Source: Patescibacteria group bacterium
GTDB taxonomy: Bacteria > Patescibacteriota > Microgenomatia > UM-FILTER-40-11
Length of the DNA: 64,000 nucleotides
Direction of reading: 5' to 3'
NCBI GenBank assembly: GCA_035530075.1
Contig: DATKVM010000005.1
Span: forward strand, 22,823 to 86,822
Every line of letters begins with the position of its first letter. Positions within the stretch are counted from its first letter, which is position 1. Made by a program: the position numbers and the translations under genes. Under the pieces are notes generated by a model, which did not search any database, was not told the DNA's origin, and saw only the letters and a program-made list of their open reading frames with translations. Below, piece after piece: positions 8,609 through 17,008 of this stretch.

Positions 8609-9209
8609 GGTAGAAAGGTATGTTATAACTGGTGCTCCTCGCTCCGGCAAAACCACCGTAGTCAGAGAACTAGGGAAAAGACATAAAACGTTTGAAGAAC
8701 CAGTTGTGAGAGTTGTTAAGCAGCGGGTAGAGCAACTCAAGGGAGATCAACAAATTGATATTCCTAAACACAGCATCCCTCTTGAAATACTTTTTCCTGA
8801 TAAGAGAGAATTCCTTGCAAGTAGTCAAAGACTATTTTTGTTTGATTACGATGAATCCCAAGCATACGATTTATCTTTCTTTGATCGAGGCCTCCCTGAT
8901 CTTATTGTCCTGCATGAGTTGTTAGACGTTCCAATTCCTGCAGATTTAATAGATGTTATTAAGGACCACAGATATAGCAATAGGGTTTTTATTTTTGATT
9001 TATTAGAAAGAGAAATTTTTCAAGAACATAGAAATAAAAGGCCCAATATGTTTAATTCCTATGAAGAATGTTTACGAATTAGAGACAGAATTATGGATGT
9101 ATATCACCAAAGCGGATACTCTATTACTTTAGTTCCTTTTGATTCAGTTGAAAACAGAGAGTTGTTTGTCATGAGAAAGCTTGAAGATAATCTATCAGTA
9201 AAATTTTAA
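8598..9209 (+). CDS. P-loop NTPase, small nucleoside/nucleotide-kinase-like (AAA_28/AAA_33-like)
   Basis: Walker A GAPRSGKTT at residues 12-20. Size and layout resemble small P-loop kinases. Overlaps the upstream gene by 11 nt. Confidence 0.5.
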   Translation: MRSEVERYVITGAPRSGKTTVVRELGKRHKTFEEPVVRVVKQRVEQLKGDQQIDIPKHSIPLEILFPDKREFLASSQRLFLFDYDESQAYDLSFFDRGLPDLIVLHELLDVPIPADLIDVIKDHRYSNRVFIFDLLEREIFQEHRNKRPNMFNSYEECLRIRDRIMDVYHQSGYSITLVPFDSVENRELFVMRKLEDNLSVKF

Positions 9210-9466
9210 GCCGCACGGAACAAGTATAATGTCCTTAGCTAGCCTCAAGGAAAAATCCTTTTTTTGGCGAACAGTTGTATCTTCATGACCGGAAGGTCGT
9301 ATCTTCGAGGGTAAAAAAGACCGCTGAATAACAAGGGTACGGTCCGAAACTTTCTAAAATAAAATGACACTTAGTAAGCAATATCGGGCTTTTTTAGAGC
9401 TTACGGTCGCTTGGTGTCCAGTCGTGCTGAGCGGGCCGGTCTAGACCCTTTTGAGCCCATAACTAA

Positions 9467-10237
9467 TTACGCCAACCTTTGAAAAATACAATCTTCTAAA
9501 TTAGCCCTGTAAAAAGCAATCCTTTTCCCAATACATTCTCCGATTAATTTGTTCACATATTTGTCACGGGCGTATTTCCCATTCTCAAATAAAGCATCAC
9601 TTTCTTTTTCCAGTAATTCGTAATATTTGAAGAATTGTTCTATGGGCAAAACAAATGAATCATTTCCTCTAACAAAAGCAAAAATCTCATCATCAGAAAC
9701 AACAACCCCAATCTTATCTCTTTCGACAAGCAGAAAATTCGCAAAATCACCCTCGCTTGGAGGGTTTCCGGTTGGATGAACATGAACAGTCCCGACAAGC
9801 GTTTTACCTTTTTCTACAATGACGTTAAATATATCAAGATAACTTCCCGAATAATCGGCAGGTATTAAAATAAATTTTTTTTGTCCCTTTGTCTTCATTG
9901 GCACACTGTGAAGTTTTTCTCTAATTTCTCCATTCGAAGAATTGGTCAAATCCACAATATCAGTTTCAACCAAAATGACGGTGCCGACACTTAAATCTCT
10001 CAGTTTTATTCTGTTCAAAGGGTCAATAAACAAGACCCCAGAAACTTCTTTTCCTTCCAGATTGGGAATATCAGAAAAGCCTTGAGCTTTTGACCATTTT
10101 TTTAGTGCCAAAAAACCGTATTTTACTTCATCACCTAGATAAAAACGGTCCGGCATTTTTACTACTGACAAATTTTCATCAAGAAACTTGCCGTCAGAGA
10201 TGTTGCCATTTTTTACCTCGGTTTGATTTTCTGGCAT
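9467..10237 (-). CDS. JAB/MPN (JAMM/RadC-like) domain protein with an unknown N-terminal domain
   Basis: C-terminal VHVHPTGNPPSEGD is close to the HxH-x7-S-xx-D JAMM motif but with one residue less. ATG start at 10237; the track starts at TTG 10243. Confidence 0.45.
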   Translation of the reverse strand: MPENQTEVKNGNISDGKFLDENLSVVKMPDRFYLGDEVKYGFLALKKWSKAQGFSDIPNLEGKEVSGVLFIDPLNRIKLRDLSVGTVILVETDIVDLTNSSNGEIREKLHSVPMKTKGQKKFILIPADYSGSYLDIFNVIVEKGKTLVGTVHVHPTGNPPSEGDFANFLLVERDKIGVVVSDDEIFAFVRGNDSFVLPIEQFFKYYELLEKESDALFENGKYARDKYVNKLIGECIGKRIAFYRANLEDCIFQRLA

Positions 10238-10348
10238 ATCCAAATTTTAGCACTTTTTCCTTCGGTTCCTTCGATTTCACCCAGGTCGAGTTCGCTCACC
10301 ACATTTGACTACTTTGGCTATAGCCATGGGCGAACGAAGTGAGTCGAA

Positions 10349-10422
10349 TGGCTGGGAGACTAGGATTCGAACCTAGATGAGATGCTTCAGAGGCACCTAT
10401 CCTACCGTTAGATGATCTCCCA
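10349..10422 (-). tRNA. tRNA-Gln (anticodon CUG), CCA encoded
   Basis: Reverse complement UGGGAGAUCAUCUAACGGUAGGAUAGGUGCCUCUGAAGCAUCUCAUCUAGGUUCGAAUCCUAGUCUCCCAGCCA. Has a U1-A72 acceptor, GGUUCGAAUCC T-arm and anticodon loop CUCUGAA. Confidence 0.8.
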
Positions 10423-10534
10423 ATGATTCCCTATCTGGAGTTATTTTACCAAAAAACAGCCTCTAAATGAAGCCCGAGAGGAATTTGACAAAAACCCAAA
10501 AAATAGATTAGTCTTAAAGAAGGAGGAATTATTT

Positions 10535-11191
10535 ATGAAAAAAGTAACTTTGGGCGTTTTTTGCTTAGCCCTTCTGACTTTATTAACTACCTCTAGCACT
10601 CAAGCGGTTCCTTCGGTCCAAACCAAGAATCAAACTCAGCTTCAGCAAACCACCGTCACCCCGACCGGGCAGACGGTCAAAAACCAAAATCAAGTCCAAA
10701 CCAGAAATGCCGGTGAGGAAGAACAGTTAAGAATTACTCTCCAGGAAGAAGAGGGCTCAACTCCCCCCGGCCAATTAAGAAGTGCCGAGCGCAAAAGTGA
10801 AGTCGCCAAAGCGGTCCAGTTGCTTCTTTCCGCCGCCGATCGCAGCGGCGGCATTGGTCCGCAAATCCGGGAAATTGCCCGGGCTCAAAACGAGGGCCAA
10901 ACTAAAGCGGAAGCCAATTTACTCCAAGCCCGGCGGGAAAATAAAGTCGCTCAGCTGATTTTAGGCTCGAATTACCAAAACCTGAAAGAGGCCAAAAAAG
11001 AATTAACCCAAATTGAGGCCCGGGCAAGAAAGCTTCAGCAGATTCAAACCAAGTTAACTAACCAAGGAGCTCAGCAGCAAATCCAAGAAGCCATCCAAAC
11101 CCTGGAAGTTCAAAAAACCGCTCTCCAGGAGGCCTTGCGGCAAGAGGAAAATAGCTTTAGCCTTTTTGGCTGGCTACTAAGGTTTTTCTAA
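10535..11191 (+). CDS. secreted Gln-rich coiled-coil protein (hypothetical)
   Basis: Signal peptide MKKVTLGVFCLALLTLLTTSSTQA, then Q/T/E-rich low-complexity sequence. Confidence 0.4.
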   Translation: MKKVTLGVFCLALLTLLTTSSTQAVPSVQTKNQTQLQQTTVTPTGQTVKNQNQVQTRNAGEEEQLRITLQEEEGSTPPGQLRSAERKSEVAKAVQLLLSAADRSGGIGPQIREIARAQNEGQTKAEANLLQARRENKVAQLILGSNYQNLKEAKKELTQIEARARKLQQIQTKLTNQGAQQQIQEAIQTLEVQKTALQEALRQEENSFSLFGWLLRFF

Positions 11192-11202
11192 GCTCAAAGC
11201 CG

Positions 11203-11868
11203 TTAGTTTTCTTCGGCCAGACAAGAAGATTCTTCCCGAAGGCGGGCAATATCTTTAATGATTAAGCGTCTTCCCTTCCCCGAAGTGAGGCCCTTTTTCT
11301 TTAACTTCAGCATTTGCAAAGTTACCGTTTCCCGGGTTAAACCGGTCATACTGGCAATCGTCCGGTGAGTTGGCGGTAGATCAAGTGTGAGTTCGGTTGT
11401 CCTCTTGGAACTGTCAGCCACTAGAGAAAGGAGAACCGAGACCACCTTCGTGTAGGCGTTACCCGACGCCAGATACTCAATCCTGGCCAATAAGCCCTGG
11501 AAAAGCTCGGTGATATTCTCCATTATTTCCAGAAAAACCTCCGGATCTTCCACCATTAGACTAATCAGTTCCTTTTTGGATATCGCATGGGCCTCGACTG
11601 GGGTGAGAGTTTCCGCATAATATCGGCTTTTAAGCCGGTTGGGGGCAAAGAATAAAGGCAGCAAGGAATGGGGTTTAAGAATAGCAATGGTTACTTCTTG
11701 GCCACTTTTGCAAATGGTATATATCCTAATGAAGCCAGATTTCAGAGAGTAAGATAAATCCAAAAAATCACCCGGTTGATAAATTACTTCATTTCTTTTG
11801 AACTTAATTAAACGGTACTTCTCCAGTAATTTATCAAAAGTTTTCCGATATTTCGTCTCCCGGTTCAT
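11203..11868 (-). CDS. Crp/Fnr family transcriptional regulator
   Basis: N-terminal cNMP-binding-like beta-roll and C-terminal HTH (RTIASMTGLTRETVTLQMLKLKKKG). Confidence 0.7.
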   Translation of the reverse strand: MNRETKYRKTFDKLLEKYRLIKFKRNEVIYQPGDFLDLSYSLKSGFIRIYTICKSGQEVTIAILKPHSLLPLFFAPNRLKSRYYAETLTPVEAHAISKKELISLMVEDPEVFLEIMENITELFQGLLARIEYLASGNAYTKVVSVLLSLVADSSKRTTELTLDLPPTHRTIASMTGLTRETVTLQMLKLKKKGLTSGKGRRLIIKDIARLREESSCLAEEN

Positions 11869-11972
11869 AATTTTTTAATTATTTAATGGTAATTACCATC
11901 TTTAATACATTTCCATAATCTTTTCAGTAATAAAAGACACAATATTATCTTGAAAGGGAAAAAGAAAGCAAT

Positions 11973-13406
11973 TTAAAGAAGTAAGCGGTTCAGTCTAGCC
12001 AAAGTTTCATCTTTACCCAAAATGACCGCTGACTGAGTAATCGGAGGAGTAAAGCGACTGCCAGTCAAAGCAATTCGGAAACTCATATAAAAATCGCCTG
12101 TCTGCCAACCCTCCTCGACGATTAATTTATTTAAGCTTAACTGGATTTCTTCGTTTTCCCATTTTTCCAGCTTTTCTAAAACCGCCGCCGCTTTGATTAA
12201 ATGTTCTTTATGGGGCAAATTGCCGAAGAGCTGGCGGTTAACCGTCGGCTTCACAAAGAAAAAGCCAGCTAAAACCGAAACTTCCGACAGTTTAACGATT
12301 CTTTCCCGGATAAGAGGAATTACTTTGTTCAAAATTTTTTCGTCAGCCCCCTTGGGGACAAACGGTTTTATTAATAAAAGTAAATCTTCGTCGGATTTTT
12401 GGCGAATATAGTGACCGTTAAACCAGTCTAATTTCTTGCGGTTAAAAACTGGATTAGCTGTTTGCAGTTGGCCGGCCTTGAAGTTGGCTACAAATTCCTC
12501 CAGAGTAAAGAGCTCCCGGTTATCTTTCGGTGCCCATCCTAAAAGCATAATGAAGTTTAAAAGTGCTTCCGGTAAATACCCTTCCGCCAAAAATTCTTCA
12601 ATCATTACGCTCCCTTTTCTCTTTGAAAGTTTTCCTCCCGCCGGATCAAGAATATCAGTTAAATGGCCAATTTTAGGCAATTCAAATCCCAAGTACTTAA
12701 AGAGCAATAGATGAACCGGCGTACTGGGCAACCAATCTCGCCCCCGGACAATATGAGAAACCTCCATCGCGTTGTCATCTACCACTACCGCTAAGTGGTA
12801 AGTCGGAAAGCCATCGGACTTCAAAAGCATTACTTCATCAATATTTTTAGTTTCCCAAGAAATTTCTTTATTTAAAACAAAGTCATTGAAAGAAACGGTT
12901 TCATTATCCGGAACTCTCAATCTGATTGCCGGTTTCTGGCCTGATTTTAGCTTCGCCTGGACTTCTTCCGGCGACAAATTCCGACAAGCATCTCTTAAAT
13001 TAATAGTTTTTTGCTCGTGTTCTTCTGCAATCGCTTCTTTTGTTTGCGGTGGACAAAAACAAAAGTAAGCATGACCGCTGGCCACTAGCTTTTCGGCAAA
13101 ATCTTTATAAATCCCCAAGGCCACTTTCTCCGACTGAATATAAGGCCCAAATTTACCGCCAACTACCGGCCCCTCATCCCAATTAAGACCAAAGATTCTT
13201 AAATCTTCTAATATTTTTTCGGTGGCCCCAGGCACGAAGCGGCTTCGGTCGGTATCTTCGATTCTTAAAATGAATTTCCCCTTCTCGCTTTTAGTCAAAG
13301 CATAAGCGTAAAGGGCAGTTCTCAAAGAACCGATGTGGAGAAATCCCGTCGGGCTCGGAGCAAATCTCGTTCTTACCTGCCTGCCGGCAGGCACGGTATC
13401 ATTCAT
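11973..13406 (-). CDS. gltX: glutamyl-tRNA synthetase
   Basis: HIGH motif (PSPTGFLHIGSLRTAL) and KMSKS-like KLSKRKG. Confidence 0.9.
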   Translation of the reverse strand: MNDTVPAGRQVRTRFAPSPTGFLHIGSLRTALYAYALTKSEKGKFILRIEDTDRSRFVPGATEKILEDLRIFGLNWDEGPVVGGKFGPYIQSEKVALGIYKDFAEKLVASGHAYFCFCPPQTKEAIAEEHEQKTINLRDACRNLSPEEVQAKLKSGQKPAIRLRVPDNETVSFNDFVLNKEISWETKNIDEVMLLKSDGFPTYHLAVVVDDNAMEVSHIVRGRDWLPSTPVHLLLFKYLGFELPKIGHLTDILDPAGGKLSKRKGSVMIEEFLAEGYLPEALLNFIMLLGWAPKDNRELFTLEEFVANFKAGQLQTANPVFNRKKLDWFNGHYIRQKSDEDLLLLIKPFVPKGADEKILNKVIPLIRERIVKLSEVSVLAGFFFVKPTVNRQLFGNLPHKEHLIKAAAVLEKLEKWENEEIQLSLNKLIVEEGWQTGDFYMSFRIALTGSRFTPPITQSAVILGKDETLARLNRLLL

Positions 13407-13466
13407 ATTTCCCTTGATTTTACCTCAATTCCTACCTATACTCAACCTATTTCGCCTGTATACTAG

Positions 13467-13524
13467 TTGAGTTCATACTCAATTAAAACCACTTAAAATT
13501 CTAGTCAATTGAGTATATACTCAA
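13467..13524. promoter_or_regulatory. two 16 bp palindromes TTGAGT-N4-ACTCAA (13467-13482, 13509-13524), 42 bp apart, in the gltX / 13531 divergent promoter region
   Basis: Read directly. An extra ACTCAA half-site lies at ~13440. The second palindrome ends 7 nt before the ATG at 13531. Confidence 0.4.
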
Positions 13525-13530
13525 CCATAT

Positions 13531-14583
13531 ATGGCCACTCTCACCGAGACGGCTTATTATTCCCGTCAAGCAATAAAATACGGTTCGATTGCCGTCGTCA
13601 TTTTATTAATTTTAAGAGGGGCTTTTTTATCCTTCCGGACCTACTGGAAAAAGGCTCATCCGCCACCGCCACCCGCGCCAACGGTTACTTTCGGCAAACT
13701 GCCTAAATTGGAATTTCCCGAAAGAAAGGACTTACCAAAACTAAGTTTTAAGCTGGAAACAATTTCCGGAACTCTGCCCAAATTAGCAACTCAAGCTAAA
13801 GTCTTCTTTATTCCTCAACCTTCTTCCAATTTACTGGCTTGGGACAATACTAAGGCCTGGGCCCGACAACTAGGCTTTAACCGTGAACCCGAAGCCATTG
13901 ATAGATATGAGTATCGTTTCACTTCGGAAACCAACCCACCCACTATTCTCGAAGTTCATGTTTTAAGCAAAAATTTCCGACTTTACTATGACTGGAAAAG
14001 CGATTTGGAAATTCTTTCGCAGGGTAACCCCCCCCAAGAAAAAGAAGCTATCGCCTTGGCCCGGGGGTTTCTACAAGGAGCGGGGGCCTTAAGTGAGGAC
14101 TTAAGTCAAGGACCAGCCGAAGTGACTTACCTTAAATATAAAGACGGCAACTTGACTAAAGCTCTTTTCTTCTCGGAAGCCAATTTCGCCAAAGTTAATC
14201 TTTTCCGCCAGGACCTAGACAATTTAAAAATTTTACCCGCGAATCCTAAAGACACTAATGTCTCGATTACTATCGGCCCTACTGGCAACCGTAACCGAGG
14301 AATTATCGAGGCTAAATACACTTATGCTTCAATCTCCCAAGCGAATTTCGCCACTTATCCTTTAAAGGATGTTAACGCTGCCTGGTCGCAGCTGACTGAC
14401 GGAAAAGCCTTCGTTGCCAATCTCGGTAATAATTCGGGAGAAAAAATTATTATTAGAAACGCCTACTTAGCTTATTACGATAGTGAAAACCCCCAAAACT
14501 TCCTGCAGCCCGTCATTGTCTTTGAGGGCGATAATGATTTTTATGCTTACGTGCCGGCCGTTAGCGAAACTTGGTTTGAATAA
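13531..14583 (+). CDS. membrane-anchored hypothetical protein
   Basis: N-terminal TM helix, PPPPAP stretch, no recognisable domain. Confidence 0.4.
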   Translation: MATLTETAYYSRQAIKYGSIAVVILLILRGAFLSFRTYWKKAHPPPPPAPTVTFGKLPKLEFPERKDLPKLSFKLETISGTLPKLATQAKVFFIPQPSSNLLAWDNTKAWARQLGFNREPEAIDRYEYRFTSETNPPTILEVHVLSKNFRLYYDWKSDLEILSQGNPPQEKEAIALARGFLQGAGALSEDLSQGPAEVTYLKYKDGNLTKALFFSEANFAKVNLFRQDLDNLKILPANPKDTNVSITIGPTGNRNRGIIEAKYTYASISQANFATYPLKDVNAAWSQLTDGKAFVANLGNNSGEKIIIRNAYLAYYDSENPQNFLQPVIVFEGDNDFYAYVPAVSETWFE

Positions 14584-14586
14584 GGG

Positions 14587-15561
14587 CTAACTTTTAGGCT
14601 TAACGGTCTCCCAGCTAAAATTGGTAAAAATCCACTCAATTAACTTTTGGGTTTCGCCGAAACGGTCTTGACTGCCGAGAACAACCGTCACGACTTTCTC
14701 GCCGTTCCTCTCGGTTAAAGCAATTAAGCATTCGCCGGCGTTTTGCGTCCAACCGGTTTTTACCCCTTTAACTCCTTCCAGCTTACCCACTAACTCGTTG
14801 GTGTTTTTCAAAAAATGATTAATCTCGCCGGAAACATCACTAACCGCCACCGCCGAAGTGGAAACAATCCGCACAAATATCGGGTTTTTAACTGCTTCTT
14901 GAGTTAATCTCGCCAAATCCCTGGCGGTAGAATAATGACCTGTCTCATCCAGGCCAATTGGGTTGACAAAGTGAGTATTATCAAGCCGTAAATCTTTCGC
15001 CTTTTGATTCATCGCTTCAACAAAAGCCCCGGTTCCCCCGGGAAAATTTTCCGCCAAAACTAAAGTGGCATCATTGCCCGAACCGACTAAAATACCATAT
15101 AAAAGATTTTCTACCGTTATTCGCTCCCCCGGCAAAAGTTTAATTAAGTTACCGCTAACGGTTATCCGGCCGACTGTCAAAATCTGATCCAAAGGATAGT
15201 GTTCCAGAGCCACCAAGGCCGTCATTATCTTGGTCGTTGAGGCAGGGAAAAGTTTTTGGTCCGCTTCTTCTTCGTAAAGTGGCACCATCGAATTAACATC
15301 CAAAGCTATCACCGAGCGGGCAGAAAAGGTGGGAAGTTCAGTCACCTTTTTATTGACCGGATAAGGAGCGGGGGTGGGTAAAAGAGTCCGAAAACCTAAT
15401 ATCCCCCTTAAGGTTAAAGCCGGTTTTGGAGGAGTCTTGACCATCGCCCGGCCAATCAACAAAAAAACCAGGATGGCCAAAAAGCCCATCAAGGAAAAAG
15501 ACAGCCTTTTCGGCCGAATATTAAGCTTCAACTTCGATAGAGAAAAAGAAGGAAAATTCAT
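14587..15561 (-). CDS. dacB: D-alanyl-D-alanine carboxypeptidase (peptidase S11, PBP5/6-like)
   Basis: SxxK (ASTTK), SxN (VGSGND) and KTG (GVKTGWT) motifs. Confidence 0.8.
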   Translation of the reverse strand: MNFPSFSLSKLKLNIRPKRLSFSLMGFLAILVFLLIGRAMVKTPPKPALTLRGILGFRTLLPTPAPYPVNKKVTELPTFSARSVIALDVNSMVPLYEEEADQKLFPASTTKIMTALVALEHYPLDQILTVGRITVSGNLIKLLPGERITVENLLYGILVGSGNDATLVLAENFPGGTGAFVEAMNQKAKDLRLDNTHFVNPIGLDETGHYSTARDLARLTQEAVKNPIFVRIVSTSAVAVSDVSGEINHFLKNTNELVGKLEGVKGVKTGWTQNAGECLIALTERNGEKVVTVVLGSQDRFGETQKLIEWIFTNFSWETVKPKS

Positions 15562-16943
15562 TTTTTGGCAATTTTCAGAGAAAGCTCTTTTAGCTGTTCT
15601 TCAGACACGGCGGTCGGCGCTTCCATAACGGCAGTTTGCCCGGAAGAGCTCATCGGGAAAGCAATCACCTCGCGCAAACTGGATTCTCCCAATAAAATCA
15701 TTAAAAATCGATCCAACCCCGGTGCAATTCCTCCATGAGGAGGAACGCCGTATCTAAAAGCCTTAAGCAAATGACCGAATTTTCTCTCTATCTCCTCTTT
15801 GGTATGGCACATTATTTCAAAAACTTTAGTCAAAATCGCTGGGTCAGTAATACGCAAGCTCCCTCCGGCAATCTCGTAGCCATTGAGGACCATATCGTAT
15901 TGATAAGATTTCAGCTCGCCGATATTCTTACCCGCCATTAAATCTGGAATGCCTTCCTCTTTCGGCGCCGTAAACGGATGATGCATCGCATCCCAGCGGT
16001 GTTCTCTTTCTTTCCATTCAAATAAAGGGAAGTCAATCACAAAACAAAAAGCCAGCTCATTTGGGTCATTTTTGTCTTTCCGCAAATCGGGTTTATCCGT
16101 GCCATGCTTTTCCATCACCTCGTCATAGGTTAAGCGGGGAAATTCCGAAAAAGTCAGTTTCTTTTCTGGAAAAAATTCTTTAACAATCGCCTTATAAAGA
16201 TTTTCAACTAACGATAAGATTTCTTCTCGATTGACAAATGACATCTCAATATCCAGTTGAGTAAATTCTCCATAAGCTCGGTCCGCTCGCGGATCTTCGT
16301 CACGGAAACAACGGGCAATTTGAAAATATTTTTCAAAACCGGCTATCATTAAAAGCTGTTTATATTGTTGTGGCGATTGGGGAAGGGCATAAAAACAGCC
16401 AGGCTGTAACCTTGAAGGCACCAAAAAATCTCTTGCACCTTCAGGAGTAGCTTTGGTCAGAATTGGAGTCTCAATTTCCACAAAGTCTTTTGCGTTCAAA
16501 TAATCGCGGATGAATTTAATTACCTGATGGCGTGTCCGAAGATTACGTGTCATCCGTGGCCGGCGTAAATCAAGATAGCGATATCTTAAACGAACCTCTT
16601 CATTAATATCCAGTCCTTCTGTATCTGTCGGAAAGGGTAACTCGGCCGCTTTGGCCAAAATCTTTAGCTCTTTAGCCTCAATTTCCATGGCCCCCGTAGG
16701 CAATTTTGGGTTAACCAGATTAACCGGCCGCTCTTTAACCACTCCTCTTACTTCGATTGCCCATTCCGGCCGTAGCTGCCGCGCCTCTTCCAAACCAACC
16801 ATCACTACTTGAACTAAACCGCTGCGGTCACGCAAATCAATGAAAACAATCTTTCCGTGGTCACGGCGGGTATTCACCCAACCCTGAAGAAGAACTTCCT
16901 TACCCACTTTTCGAGGAGTCTCCGTCACCAAAGTTCTTTCCAT
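15558..16943 (-). CDS. aspS: aspartyl-tRNA synthetase, short archaeal/type-2 form (possibly non-discriminating)
   Basis: OB-fold N-terminus, class II motif 2 FRDEDPRADRAYGEFTQLDIEM, motif 3 GGIAPGLDRFLMILLG. Confidence 0.8.
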   Translation of the reverse strand: MERTLVTETPRKVGKEVLLQGWVNTRRDHGKIVFIDLRDRSGLVQVVMVGLEEARQLRPEWAIEVRGVVKERPVNLVNPKLPTGAMEIEAKELKILAKAAELPFPTDTEGLDINEEVRLRYRYLDLRRPRMTRNLRTRHQVIKFIRDYLNAKDFVEIETPILTKATPEGARDFLVPSRLQPGCFYALPQSPQQYKQLLMIAGFEKYFQIARCFRDEDPRADRAYGEFTQLDIEMSFVNREEILSLVENLYKAIVKEFFPEKKLTFSEFPRLTYDEVMEKHGTDKPDLRKDKNDPNELAFCFVIDFPLFEWKEREHRWDAMHHPFTAPKEEGIPDLMAGKNIGELKSYQYDMVLNGYEIAGGSLRITDPAILTKVFEIMCHTKEEIERKFGHLLKAFRYGVPPHGGIAPGLDRFLMILLGESSLREVIAFPMSSSGQTAVMEAPTAVSEEQLKELSLKIAKK

Positions 16944-17008
16944 AGGCTGATTTTACACCTTTAGCCACTCCTTGACAACGCTGATGACCCTTGAGGAAAG
17001 GGCGCTAG

